DNA of 64,000 nt, taken from the NCBI GenBank assembly GCA_934438135.1, contig CAKSBP010000017.1:1647-65646 (forward strand), given 5' to 3'. The stretch comes from an uncultured Clostridium sp. (lineage in GTDB: Bacteria > Bacillota > Clostridia > Lachnospirales > Lachnospiraceae). Of this stretch, positions 1 through 9,478 are shown piece after piece. The notes below the pieces were generated by a model, which ran no database searches, was not told the origin of the DNA, and saw only the letters and a program-made list of their open reading frames with translations. The translations under genes were made by a program, and so were the position numbers. How positions within the stretch are numbered: position 1 is the first letter of the stretch; each line of letters begins with the position of its first letter.

Positions 1-1
1 A

Positions 2-163
2 AAACCGGGAAAACCAGCCGATTTGGTCATTTTCTCCGCTGATGAAAAAGAAAAATTGGATACTTTCGTATCCAAAGCATCCAATACACCATTTATAGGC
101 ACAGAACTGTATGGAAAGGTTTATTATACAATATGTAACGGGAAAGTAGTTTATCAAGGATAA
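2..163 (+). CDS. C-terminal fragment of a cyclic amidohydrolase (dihydroorotase-like); the 5' part lies outside the window
   Basis: Frame 2 is open from the window edge to TAA at 161-163. The translation KPGKPADLVIFSADEKEKLD...PFIGTELYGKVYYTICNGKVVYQG resembles the C-terminal segment of dihydroorotase/allantoinase-type enzymes. A hairpin follows. Confidence 0.5.
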   Translation, partial: KPGKPADLVIFSADEKEKLDTFVSKASNTPFIGTELYGKVYYTICNGKVVYQG

Positions 164-192
164 AATGTAAGTAGAAATAAAGAAAATATTAT

Positions 193-240
193 AGAGCAGG
201 TGTAGGAAATCCAGTATTTTCAGCCTGCTCTGTTTTTTCT
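193..240 (+). terminator. Intrinsic terminator between convergent genes
   Basis: Stem agagcagg (193-200) pairs with cctgctct (224-231) and is followed by gttttttct. It lies between the amidohydrolase stop and the permease stop. Confidence 0.6.
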
Positions 241-262
241 GTTTTCTACTTACAAATTGTCT

Positions 263-1609
263 CTATTCACATACAACATTGTCACGATTTGGATTTTTCT
301 TCTGATAAAAAAACGCCCCCGCCATAATCGAATAGCAGATTACCAGATATAATGGAAACATAGGATTTGTAATGCTTCCTGAAAAAATAATCAGAGAACC
401 TACAGATGCCAGAACCGGAATAACATACCCTTTCCAGAATCCTTTAATCTCTCCACGTTTCGCCATTTTCATAACTGTAATATATAGAATAATGTAATTT
501 AGATAGCTGACACAAATTGCAATTTCTGACACGTCTCCGTTCATGCCTATTTCCTGAGTTACAAAATGAAGCATGCACCATACCAATGAAATGATAAAAG
601 CAAAGAGTGACGAATGATAAAAAGCAGAAGGTGAATCCTCATCTTTTAGTTTTTCCGCAAATGGAAGCATTCCACGTGCTGCCATAGAGGATGGAAGACG
701 AATAAATCCAAGAATCAGTCCGTTAATTGTTCCCAATACAGAGATGACAATGAAAACTAAAACAATTTTTGCACCTACTGCACCAAATAAAAGATTTGAT
801 GCAACATAAACACTGTCATTTCCATGAGCCAAAACCGCATCTGTTCCAATTAATGAAGTAATCCCTACGAAATAAGCAATGTAGGCAATTAATACAATAA
901 AGGGAGCAATTGTCAGTGCCAGCGGAAGATTTTTTCGGCTGTTTTTGATTTCATGTGAAATACTTGTCGATACAATCCAGCCATCGAAGGAAAAGGCAAT
1001 TGGTGCAAAAGCAGTTAAAAAGCCAAGTCCTTTCATAGATGTACGAACGGTGGATATATCATGGGAAAGAATAGATTCAGGTTTTCCCCAGATAAATCCA
1101 ACGACTGCCATTACAATCAAAGGAATCAGTTTGATAAACATAGAGGCATTCTGGAAGAGACCACCTAGGCGTTTTGACAGCATATTCATAATAAATAAAA
1201 CTATCATAACAAAAAATCCTATAATGGACCATGTTTTATTACTGCCGGCAATACCGAACAGCTGGCAGAGATACATACCAGCTACCCATGACACGACTGC
1301 AATCAAAGATGGCAGATATAAAAACAGTTGAAACCACCCAAAGGCACAAGCTGTTTCTTTATTGATAAATTCTTCCGCATAGGCAATGATGCCACCAGAT
1401 TTATCTGTTTTCATAGCAAGCTGCGATACAGTCAATGAGCCAAATACAATGGCGAACGATGCAACACAGAAAATCAGGATACCAAGGAGCATGTTCCCTT
1501 TGGTATAGAGCAGAATATCATCTGCTTTAAAAAAGATACCAGAGCCGATTACAATACCAGTAATCATGCAAATCGCAGTAATAAGACCGTATTTTGTCTG
1601 TTTCATCAT
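263..1609 (-). CDS. APC-superfamily amino acid permease
   Basis: 448-aa polytopic membrane protein. The N-terminus ...ITGIVIGSGIFFKADDIL is typical of APC amino-acid transporters, and about 12 hydrophobic segments are visible. Confidence 0.8.
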   Translation of the reverse strand: MMKQTKYGLITAICMITGIVIGSGIFFKADDILLYTKGNMLLGILIFCVASFAIVFGSLTVSQLAMKTDKSGGIIAYAEEFINKETACAFGWFQLFLYLPSLIAVVSWVAGMYLCQLFGIAGSNKTWSIIGFFVMIVLFIMNMLSKRLGGLFQNASMFIKLIPLIVMAVVGFIWGKPESILSHDISTVRTSMKGLGFLTAFAPIAFSFDGWIVSTSISHEIKNSRKNLPLALTIAPFIVLIAYIAYFVGITSLIGTDAVLAHGNDSVYVASNLLFGAVGAKIVLVFIVISVLGTINGLILGFIRLPSSMAARGMLPFAEKLKDEDSPSAFYHSSLFAFIISLVWCMLHFVTQEIGMNGDVSEIAICVSYLNYIILYITVMKMAKRGEIKGFWKGYVIPVLASVGSLIIFSGSITNPMFPLYLVICYSIMAGAFFYQKKNPNRDNVVCE

Positions 1610-1758
1610 AAGTATATCCTTCCAAAGTTTAATTTTGCAAACTTAATGTAGTACGATTTTAACACGTCAAACTGTTAAAGACAAATGAAAAATTTACCAT
1701 CTACTTCAGAAGAAAAACGGCGAAAATGTGAAATTAATATGAACTATTGAGTGAATAG

Positions 1759-1787
1759 TTGTATTGAAAACATTATGTTGCTATAAT
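1759..1787 (+). promoter_or_regulatory. Candidate sigma-A promoter of the lipoprotein gene
   Basis: TTGTAT (1759-1764), a 17-nt spacer ending in TGc, then TATAAT (1782-1787), about 80 nt upstream of the ATG at 1868. Confidence 0.4.
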
Positions 1788-1867
1788 TATCCATATACAG
1801 TACGGGATGATGCCCGTTTTCACTATTAATTAATCGAGTGGTGTGAACTGCCAAGGGGGTTTCATAA

Positions 1868-3685
1868 ATGAAAATTAAACAAAAACTGATGATTCTAATG
1901 TGCATCAGTGCAATACTTTTTAGCGGATGTGATAATTCAGCTTTAAAGTCAGGGTATGGAGATGACAAGGGCGAGCAGGTGCAGAGTGAAAGCCAGCAGC
2001 AGGTACCGGCAGTCCAGGTGAATGATGTAGCAGAACTGACAAATGATAGTTTTGATGAAAAAGATATGACCGATACTTATCAGGACTCCAATGCTTCTAA
2101 GATTTCATTTTCTGGAAGCGGTGCACAAACAGATGGTGAAGGTGTAAAAGCAGATGGAGGTACGGTGACGATTTCCAAAGCTGGAACATATATAGTATCT
2201 GGTAAGATATCCGATGGACAGATTGTTGTAGATGCCAAGGACAAGGATGTTGTTCAAATTGTATTAAATAATGCAGAGATTACCAGTAAAAAAAACAGTG
2301 CAGTTTATGTGAAAAATGCAGAGAAAACAATTATTACGCTGGCAGAAGGAAGCAAGAATACGTTGACGGATGCGAAGAAATATACATATGGTAATAAGAA
2401 AGATACTTATGAGGGTGCCATTTTCTGTGAAAGCAATTTATCCATAAATGGAAACGGACAGGTGATTGTGAAAGCAAATCACGGAAATGGTATTTCCAGC
2501 AGTAAGGATTTAAAAATTGCCGCTGGTATTTTTAACATAACAAGTGAAAAAGATGGTATTTACGCTGCAGAAGGGATTTCTATTAAGAATGGTTCTTATA
2601 TTGTCAATGCCGGTGGTAATGGTATGGCTGCCGGAACAAAAGATAAGAATAAAGGGTTCGTTGGGATTGAGTGTGGAAACTTTACTGTAACTTCTGGAAA
2701 CGATAGTATTTGTACATGTGGAAACGTTTACATTATAAACGGAAGTTTTACAGCAACAGCAGGATCTGGCAGCATATTATCCAGTGACAGCAAGAAGTGG
2801 GGAAAATGGAGTGATGGAACTTCAGCTAAAGGAATATCAGCAGGAGGAACATTAGAAATCTATGGTGGTGCCATGAATTTAGATACATCAGATGATGCGG
2901 TTTCTGCAGCCAAAGGAATTAACATTTATACTGGAAGCGTTAATATTACCTCTGGAGATGATGGAATCGTAACTGGTGGGCAGGCTGTAATTTCAGGAGG
3001 AAGTGTGAATATTTCCAATTCCTATGAAGGTCTGATTGCAGGTGGTGCTTCCTTTAAGAGTGGTTATATGAGCATTATTAGTAAAGATGATGGCATTAAT
3101 ATTGGAGGGGGAAATGATAACTCTGTTTCTAAACGTCCTGGTAAAAATGATTTAGATATGTCAACAGATAATCAGGTTTCCATTGAATCTGCATTTTTAA
3201 ATATTGTGTCTGAAGGCGATGGAATGGATGTAAAAGGCGATATAAAGATAACGAGTGGTTCCGTGCAGATTTTTGCTTCCGATAATGGAAAAGATGCTAT
3301 TTTGGAATGCAGTGGAAAAGCAGAAGTAGATGGAGGAAACTTTATTGGAACCAGCAGTGAAAACGATGGAACTACTTTGTCGGATTCATCCAAACAGAAT
3401 ATTGCAGTATTAAATTATAAGAAGGAACAATCTGAGAAGTCAGTTGCTTATTTGGAAGATACGCAGCAGAAAGTTTTGTTAAGTGCAGCACCAATGAAGA
3501 AATTTAGTTATGTTGTAGTTTCTAAGCCGGAATTGAAAGGCAGTTCAATTGTCAGCTGGTATAAGGCACAAGCAAAGGGAAATAGTACAGCAAGCGGAGA
3601 AATTGGTGCAGATGCGGTACAAAAAGATAAGAAGTTAAATGATTTTACTGTGAAATCTGGAATCAATCAAGTAGAAGAAAAATAA
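1868..3685 (+). CDS. Lipoprotein, Cthe_2159-like carbohydrate-binding beta-helix family
   Basis: Signal peptide with lipobox (ILFSGC). The body carries repeated G-D-D-G-I / DDGIN / GDGMD turns, and the N-terminal block ...GGTVTISKAGTYIVSGKISDGQIVVDA...VLNNAEI is characteristic of the Cthe_2159 family. Confidence 0.65.
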   Translation: MKIKQKLMILMCISAILFSGCDNSALKSGYGDDKGEQVQSESQQQVPAVQVNDVAELTNDSFDEKDMTDTYQDSNASKISFSGSGAQTDGEGVKADGGTVTISKAGTYIVSGKISDGQIVVDAKDKDVVQIVLNNAEITSKKNSAVYVKNAEKTIITLAEGSKNTLTDAKKYTYGNKKDTYEGAIFCESNLSINGNGQVIVKANHGNGISSSKDLKIAAGIFNITSEKDGIYAAEGISIKNGSYIVNAGGNGMAAGTKDKNKGFVGIECGNFTVTSGNDSICTCGNVYIINGSFTATAGSGSILSSDSKKWGKWSDGTSAKGISAGGTLEIYGGAMNLDTSDDAVSAAKGINIYTGSVNITSGDDGIVTGGQAVISGGSVNISNSYEGLIAGGASFKSGYMSIISKDDGINIGGGNDNSVSKRPGKNDLDMSTDNQVSIESAFLNIVSEGDGMDVKGDIKITSGSVQIFASDNGKDAILECSGKAEVDGGNFIGTSSENDGTTLSDSSKQNIAVLNYKKEQSEKSVAYLEDTQQKVLLSAAPMKKFSYVVVSKPELKGSSIVSWYKAQAKGNSTASGEIGADAVQKDKKLNDFTVKSGINQVEEK

Positions 3686-3854
3686 AACTTACTATTTGAG
3701 AAAAATGTGATGGGGCGTACAGAGTGGTGTGCGCCCTGCCTGTCTGTGATGATTTGGCGGAATGCTTATTATAGTAACACAGTTCTATTTTATTTTTGTT
3801 TTTATTTTTTATTAAATTATTATATAATGGAAAAAGTGCTAGGGAGGTGATTGT

Positions 3855-4085
3855 ATGGAGAAAATTCAGCTGATGCTGGATTCTGTGGAAAAGGTAAGAG
3901 AGTTTTCCAATGCAGCAGCCCGGGTCAAATGTAATTTTGATTTGAAGTCAGGAAGATATATTGTTGATGGAAAATCTATTATGGGAATTTTTAGTCTGGA
4001 TCTTACCAAACCTGTTGAAGTATTACCAGCAAGCGAAGGGGAGAAGAAAGAACTGCTGGAAGCATTTCATGAGTTTATAAAATAA
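3855..4085 (+). CDS. HPr-fold protein lacking the His15 phosphorylation motif
   Basis: 76 aa with the HPr Ser46 region (DGKSIMGIFSLDL) but no GIHARPA-type His15 loop. RBS gggagg lies upstream. Confidence 0.6.
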   Translation: MEKIQLMLDSVEKVREFSNAAARVKCNFDLKSGRYIVDGKSIMGIFSLDLTKPVEVLPASEGEKKELLEAFHEFIK

Positions 4086-4187
4086 ATTTCCATAAAATAA
4101 GGGTGGGGTGTTTACTCCACCCTTTAAAATTTGTATAATAGAGATTATAATTGTAGTTTTTGGAGAAATGGTAAAAGGAGCGGGCAA

Positions 4188-4715
4188 ATGGCAGAATATT
4201 TGGTTATAGTCGATATGCAGAATGATTTTATTACAGGAAGTCTTGGAACAAAAGAGGCGGTGCAGATTGTAAAACCTCTGTTGGAAAAAACCAGGGAGTT
4301 TCCCGGTACCGTTTTGTTTACGAGAGATACCCACGCTGAAAATTATCTGAATACCCAGGAGGGAAGAAAACTCCCAGTTATTCACTGTGTGAAAGATACT
4401 AAGGGATGGGAGTTGGAATCATCTTTGGAACTGTTTCGCAGAGAGAAGAAGTGTCTGGTATTTGATAAGCCTTCGTTTAGTTCCATTGAACTGGCAGAAT
4501 ATTTAAAAGAGCAGGAAAAGGAAGAACGGATTGAGAAAATCAGCCTCGCAGGTCTTTGTACGGATATCTGCGTTATTAGTAATGCCATGATTTTAAAGGC
4601 ATATTTTCCAGAAACAGAAGTGGCTGTGTTAAAAGAATTCTGTGCAGGTGTAACACCAGAAAGCCATGAAAATGCACTGAAAGCTATGAAAATGTGTCAG
4701 ATAACAGTGCAGTAA
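4188..4715 (+). CDS. Isochorismatase-family cysteine hydrolase (nicotinamidase-like)
   Basis: MAEYLVIVDMQNDFITG... and the catalytic-Cys region GLCTDICV. Start moved to the ATG at 4188, which sits behind RBS aaaggag; the ORF-track start at 4131 has no RBS. Confidence 0.75.
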   Translation: MAEYLVIVDMQNDFITGSLGTKEAVQIVKPLLEKTREFPGTVLFTRDTHAENYLNTQEGRKLPVIHCVKDTKGWELESSLELFRREKKCLVFDKPSFSSIELAEYLKEQEKEERIEKISLAGLCTDICVISNAMILKAYFPETEVAVLKEFCAGVTPESHENALKAMKMCQITVQ

Positions 4716-4735
4716 GCAGAAATAAGGAGCAGAAA

Positions 4736-5578
4736 ATGAAGAAATATATTGAGATAGAGAAGGGATTTACCCATAGTGGGAAATTTCATGCAGATGATGT
4801 GTTTTCTACTGCATTGCTGCGAATCCTGAACCCAGAGTTTACGACAGAACGTGGTTTTGAAGTTCCGGAAGAGTTTGAGGGAATTGTATATGATATTGGT
4901 CTTGGGAGATTTGATCATCATCAGCAGAAACGCCGTGTCAGAGAAAATGGGATACCATATGCTGCATTCGGACTTTTATGGGATGAATATGGAGCTCTTT
5001 TAGTAGGAGAAGAAGAAGCTGCACGCTTTGATGAAAAATTTATTCAGCCTTTGGATCAGAATGATAATATGGGGACTCCCAATAGCATTGCCGAGATAAT
5101 TTCTAAATTTAATCCACCTTGGGATTATGTGGTTTCTTCAGATAATGCATTTTTTGAGGCAGTGGATATGGCATATTTGATTCTGACGAAAGAAATTGAG
5201 AATATCAAAAGTATTAAACGAGCAAAAGACGTGGTTACCAAAGGAATCAATCATGCAGAGAATGGCATTATGTATCTTGCACGGTCAGCACCTTGGAAGA
5301 AGTTTGTAAAAGAGTCAGAGGTGGATATTCAGTTTGTTGTATTTCCATCCAGCCGTGGCGGATATTGTGCTCAGGCAGTTTCAGATCCGGAAAATCCAGA
5401 ACAGTTAAAGATTTCTTTTCCAGAAGAGTGGAGAGGAAAAGAGGCGGAACAACTGCCATCCATTAGTGGAGTTGAAACATTGAAATTCTGTCACAACAGC
5501 GGATTTCTGATTTCAGCCAATACAAAGAAAGATGCCATAAAAGCATGCAGACTTGCAAAAGCACTGGCAGAATCTTAA
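4736..5578 (+). CDS. MYG1/UPF0160 family metal-dependent hydrolase
   Basis: N-terminus ...THSGKFHADDVFSTALL and FDHHQ motifs. Start at the ATG at 4736, 6 nt after AAGGAG. Confidence 0.7.
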   Translation: MKKYIEIEKGFTHSGKFHADDVFSTALLRILNPEFTTERGFEVPEEFEGIVYDIGLGRFDHHQQKRRVRENGIPYAAFGLLWDEYGALLVGEEEAARFDEKFIQPLDQNDNMGTPNSIAEIISKFNPPWDYVVSSDNAFFEAVDMAYLILTKEIENIKSIKRAKDVVTKGINHAENGIMYLARSAPWKKFVKESEVDIQFVVFPSSRGGYCAQAVSDPENPEQLKISFPEEWRGKEAEQLPSISGVETLKFCHNSGFLISANTKKDAIKACRLAKALAES

Positions 5579-5605
5579 AAAATACAGGGGGATGGGGAAA
5601 GTAAG

Positions 5606-6028
5606 ATGAAACAATTAATTACACAGTTTTTAAAATTTGGAGTGGTTGGCGGATTATCCTTTATCATCGATTATGGAGTTATGGTACTGTTAAAGGAAGT
5701 ATTTGGTGTATATTATCTTGTAGCAGCCTTTATATCATTTTCCATATCAGTCGTATTTAATTATGTCTGCAGCATGCATTATGTATTCGTCAGCCGCGAG
5801 GATATCAGCAAAAAAAGAGAGTTTATTATCTTTGTTATCTTAAGTGTAATCGGACTTGGCATTAATGAACTGGTTATGTGGGCAACGGTAGATAAAATGC
5901 CGGTAGCCCAGATCCTTTCCATAGATAAGGACAAGGTGTATTTAATCGCCAAATTAGCTGCTACGGTAGTTGTGACATTCTGGAATTTTGTTACACGAAA
6001 GATTTTTCTGGAAAAGAAAGAACAATAG
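5606..6028 (+). CDS. GtrA-family membrane protein
   Basis: 140 aa with four TM segments. N-terminal [17 protein letters not shown] and C-terminal WNFVTRKIF are typical of GtrA-like proteins. Confidence 0.75.
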   Translation: MKQLITQFLKFGVVGGLSFIIDYGVMVLLKEVFGVYYLVAAFISFSISVVFNYVCSMHYVFVSREDISKKREFIIFVILSVIGLGINELVMWATVDKMPVAQILSIDKDKVYLIAKLAATVVVTFWNFVTRKIFLEKKEQ

Positions 6029-6035
6029 AGAATCA

Positions 6036-6070
6036 ATGAGGCCTGTCAAAACAGCGGGCCTCGTTTTTTA
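6036..6070 (+). terminator. Intrinsic terminator after the GtrA gene
   Basis: Stem atgaggcc pairs with ggcctcgt (one G-U) and is followed by a T run (6064-6069). Confidence 0.7.
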
Positions 6071-6161
6071 TCGGATAGAAAACTCCTGTTTTCTACTTTG
6101 CGTAGATAAGAAAATCTGGTATGATAAGAGGAAAGATATAGAAAGGAAGGTGAGAAGCAGT

Positions 6162-6752
6162 ATGGACAAATGGATTAATAATATTGTCGGTAAAATGGTT
6201 GCAGATGGAACAATTGAAGCTGAAGATACAGAGATTTATGCGTTTGGTTTGAAACAGGGAATTATCATGATTATCAACTATGTGTTAACAATTTTAATTG
6301 GTCTCATTATGCGCATGCCGATTGAGACACTGATTTTTATGGCAGTATATATACCCATTCGTTCCTATGCAGGAGGTGTACATGCCAAAACCCAGCGAAG
6401 ATGCTTTGTATATTCGAATCTGATTGTAGTTGCAATTCTGCTGGCAATCCGTTATTTTGTACATAGCAGTATCATACTCTGTGGAATTTTATTATTTGCA
6501 GCCATAGTTGTTACATTACTGGCACCGGTAGAAGATAAAAATAAACCATTAGATGAGGATGAAGTGAGAATATATGGAAGAAAAGCAAGATTAATGCTTT
6601 GTGGCTACCTTCTCCTGGCATTGGTTTGTATCTTTTTAAAATGGTGGATGCCTGCGGTTTCTATAGTACTTACACTGGGACTGATGGCAGTTGTATTGAT
6701 TCTTGGTAAAATAAAAAATTACCGCTTGGATCAAGAAGCAGAAACATTATAG
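6162..6752 (+). CDS. AgrB-like accessory gene regulator B family membrane peptidase
   Basis: Polytopic membrane protein with IRSYAGGVHAKTQRRC. The His-x6-Cys spacing matches the catalytic His/Cys of AgrB, and APVEDKNKPL follows. Start at the ATG at 6162 behind ggaaggtgag; the upstream extension in the ORF track crosses the GtrA terminator. Confidence 0.65.
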   Translation: MDKWINNIVGKMVADGTIEAEDTEIYAFGLKQGIIMIINYVLTILIGLIMRMPIETLIFMAVYIPIRSYAGGVHAKTQRRCFVYSNLIVVAILLAIRYFVHSSIILCGILLFAAIVVTLLAPVEDKNKPLDEDEVRIYGRKARLMLCGYLLLALVCIFLKWWMPAVSIVLTLGLMAVVLILGKIKNYRLDQEAETL

Positions 6753-7457
6753 TTTTTTGCCAAGCTGATGTTTTTGTGGCTGAATAGTTACTTCAGAAAT
6801 GACCATTCCGTCTCTGGCAGATAAAATCCAGGAAATGGTTTCAGCAATTTCTGATGCAAGGAGATAACTGTCTGGGGATGAGCCTTCTTTAAAATCAGCA
6901 TTTCGGTAAAAATTAGACTGGGTCATATCTGGATGGATACAGATTGTTTTTACTCCATATTTTCTTGATTCTTCAAACAGACTTTTAGAAAAACTGGTAA
7001 GAGCAGCTTTCGTGGCGCCATATGCACAGCCATGAGGGCTGTTCTTTTGTGCGGTAATAGAAGAAATAGTAAGAATGGTGCCCTTATTTTTCTTTAAATC
7101 CCGCAATAAAAGCTGACTAAGAATTAGTGGTGCTTCCAGATTAACAGAAATCATTTCATGAATTTTAGCTGGATTTAATTCTTCATGAAGTCCAAAATAA
7201 CCTACGCCGGCATTATTAACCAGGTATTGGATTTCAAAATCTTTTCGAATCTGGCGGATGAGTTCTGGAATCTGGCTGGTTTTCTTTAAATCAAATATTA
7301 TGCCATGAAACAGAGGATGATTCTGATCATCAGAAAAGTGACGGCCGATACCGATGACAGGAATTCCTTTCTTTAAAAAAATCTTTGTAATTTCTTTCCC
7401 GATTCCAGAAGATGCACCAGTAACCAGTGCAGCTTTTGTTTTGTTTGTTTCTTTCAT
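6747..7457 (-). CDS. SDR-family oxidoreductase
   Basis: TGASSGIGKE dinucleotide motif, NNAG, and YGATKAAL (YxxxK). The RBS aaaggagg lies inside the 3' end of the upstream gene. Confidence 0.8.
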   Translation of the reverse strand: MKETNKTKAALVTGASSGIGKEITKIFLKKGIPVIGIGRHFSDDQNHPLFHGIIFDLKKTSQIPELIRQIRKDFEIQYLVNNAGVGYFGLHEELNPAKIHEMISVNLEAPLILSQLLLRDLKKNKGTILTISSITAQKNSPHGCAYGATKAALTSFSKSLFEESRKYGVKTICIHPDMTQSNFYRNADFKEGSSPDSYLLASEIAETISWILSARDGMVISEVTIQPQKHQLGKKL

Positions 7458-7458
7458 G

Positions 7459-8496
7459 CTAGTCCTCCTTTGGATTTTGTGCTTCCCAGCTGAATATGTT
7501 TTCTGAAGGTATATATTTACTTAATTCCTGTATTAAAAATGTAACCATTTGCTTAGCAAGAACTTCTTCATACTCATATACACCATTATGGACACAGTAT
7601 GGGTAGAATAAAACGGAAGAATCTGGATTCTGCTTTCTCATTTTTTTTAGGTAGGCTTTGGATACCCGGAAAATACCGACGCTGGCATCTTGGATTTTTC
7701 TTCCATCAATTTCCTTAAATACTTGAGTAACCATATCTTGATAGACGTATTTCCAATCCGATGTATAAATCATAGGATCAAAGCATAGGCGAACTGGCCA
7801 GCCTTTTTTCAAGGCAGATTTTGCTGCAGAAAGCCTGGAGGAGAAGGACAGAGTATGATGTTCATATTTTTCAACGATGACTTGTGGAGAAAGAGTCCAT
7901 GCAAGAGTTACATTATCAATAGGTTTCAGAAGTTCAATAGTTGAAAAAGATGCACTTTTTGTGCGGATTTCAATGGTTAGTCCAGGGTGCTTTCCTGCAA
8001 ATGCAATCCATTCTTTGACATATCCGGTTAATCCCTCCAGTGCCAGCAAATCGGTATCGTATGAAATACAAAGATAAATATCAGAATGCTTTAGTTTTTC
8101 TTCTATAGCCTGAAAAATGTCTTCCAAATTAATAAAAATAACAAGGTTGCCAGATGGATACATGCCTTGTAGATAGCAGTAATCGCAGCAATATATGCAG
8201 TTCATAATACAGGATGTATAATAAAAATTTTTATACCCAAAGTTCTGACATACAGGGGCACCTTCATAAATCAGATTCTGTTCTTTTCTTGCCAGAATCA
8301 GCATTGGAGTTGATTTCTGCATCGGAAGATTCTGCTTTGGACGGCAGAATACATCTTTATAATGTCGGATAAGAATCTGCCTGGCATCTGGAAAATGCTT
8401 TAGAATAGTCTGTACCCTTGGATGCTTTAGAATAGTTTCTTCTATATAAATATGTGAGAATGGTTTAGTAAATAAGTCTGGCTGTAAGTTTTTCAA
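7459..8496 (-). CDS. Spore-photoproduct-lyase-like (SPL family) radical SAM protein
   Basis: CX3CX2C in NCIYCCDYCYLQG, and overall collinearity by eye with SplB (FSHIYIEE..., ...SYDTDLLALEGLT...). TTG start at 8496, 9 nt after GGGAGGGG. Confidence 0.6.
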   Translation of the reverse strand: MKNLQPDLFTKPFSHIYIEETILKHPRVQTILKHFPDARQILIRHYKDVFCRPKQNLPMQKSTPMLILARKEQNLIYEGAPVCQNFGYKNFYYTSCIMNCIYCCDYCYLQGMYPSGNLVIFINLEDIFQAIEEKLKHSDIYLCISYDTDLLALEGLTGYVKEWIAFAGKHPGLTIEIRTKSASFSTIELLKPIDNVTLAWTLSPQVIVEKYEHHTLSFSSRLSAAKSALKKGWPVRLCFDPMIYTSDWKYVYQDMVTQVFKEIDGRKIQDASVGIFRVSKAYLKKMRKQNPDSSVLFYPYCVHNGVYEYEEVLAKQMVTFLIQELSKYIPSENIFSWEAQNPKED

Positions 8497-9298
8497 AATA
8501 TTGCTTCCCCTCCCGTTTCGTTTTTATTGGTTCTATTTCTGTCAGAATGGATTCAAGCAGTCGCAGAATATCTGTATGTTCCAGCTGGTAAAAATGCAGC
8601 AGCTGAAAGAAACGGTGTTTCATAGTTTCGCTGAGATACAGTTTTTCACAGATATAAGTAATTTGTGTTCTTTCCTCCATCAAATGAGCGGCTTTTTCTG
8701 AAAAAACGTTATGAAAGGAGAAAAGCCAGGAGAGAATGGATGGTACTTTTTCTGCTGACAGATGTGTTATCAAATCGGGCTTCAGAAAAGAGGAACCATT
8801 ATCGGATGGAACTTTTAACACGAAAATCCGATGGCATGAAAAGAAATGCTGGCATGCCTGATAGAATCCGCTGGCTTCCATATCAAATAACTGTCCACTT
8901 TTTATGAAACTCTTAGAACTTGCATTTTGAATAACAGATGGAACAGTATGAATGGTATTTTCCTGAAAAGGATGCTTCCAAATCATATCAGGATAATAGG
9001 TATTTTGGGTGACGGTATCTATAATCTGATTACATAAGTAAATATTGGAACAAACGGCTTTGGATTGGATGCCGCAGATACCAAAATTTACAGCAGTATC
9101 TTCCGCCTGTGGAGGATATATAGAAAACAGGCAGGAGGCAGCAACAGCGCTTTGAATGTTTCCCGTTCCAGATAAAATCAGACGTGCGTCATCGCTTTCA
9201 AACAGCTGGAAACGAGTATAAGAATTATTTTTTTTCATGTCTAGAGCCTTGATAAGTGGTGCAGCCTCACAGTAGAGTGCACAAACAAAATATAGCAT
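8465..9298 (-). CDS. PNP_UDP_1-fold nucleosidase/phosphorylase-like protein with a C-terminal helical extension
   Basis: N-terminus MLYFVCALYCEAAPLIKAL, then FDMEASGF and VLKVPSDNG, which resemble the catalytic Glu and Asp regions of MTA/SAH nucleosidases. It overlaps the next gene by 32 nt. Confidence 0.45.
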   Translation of the reverse strand: MLYFVCALYCEAAPLIKALDMKKNNSYTRFQLFESDDARLILSGTGNIQSAVAASCLFSIYPPQAEDTAVNFGICGIQSKAVCSNIYLCNQIIDTVTQNTYYPDMIWKHPFQENTIHTVPSVIQNASSKSFIKSGQLFDMEASGFYQACQHFFSCHRIFVLKVPSDNGSSFLKPDLITHLSAEKVPSILSWLFSFHNVFSEKAAHLMEERTQITYICEKLYLSETMKHRFFQLLHFYQLEHTDILRLLESILTEIEPIKTKREGKQYFEKLTARLIY

Positions 9299-9478
9299 AA
9301 AAATAACCTCTTTTTTATGTAAATTTTTTTGTATCTACATGGTATCTTATCGATTTATAGAAGTAATGTCAAATAAAAGATCGAAATAGGTTGCGGATTT
9401 AAAACTCCATAAGTATAATAGAATAGGCTTGGTGGAAAAATAGAAAGAGAGTGCTAGAAAGGACAAATTTAATTTAGT

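Noticed and set aside
1802-1820. Small hairpin with T residues in the leader of the beta-helix lipoprotein gene, considered as a possible attenuator
   Set aside because: The stem is only 5 bp (acggg/cccgt) with a short T run. That is too weak to call without folding energetics or conservation data.
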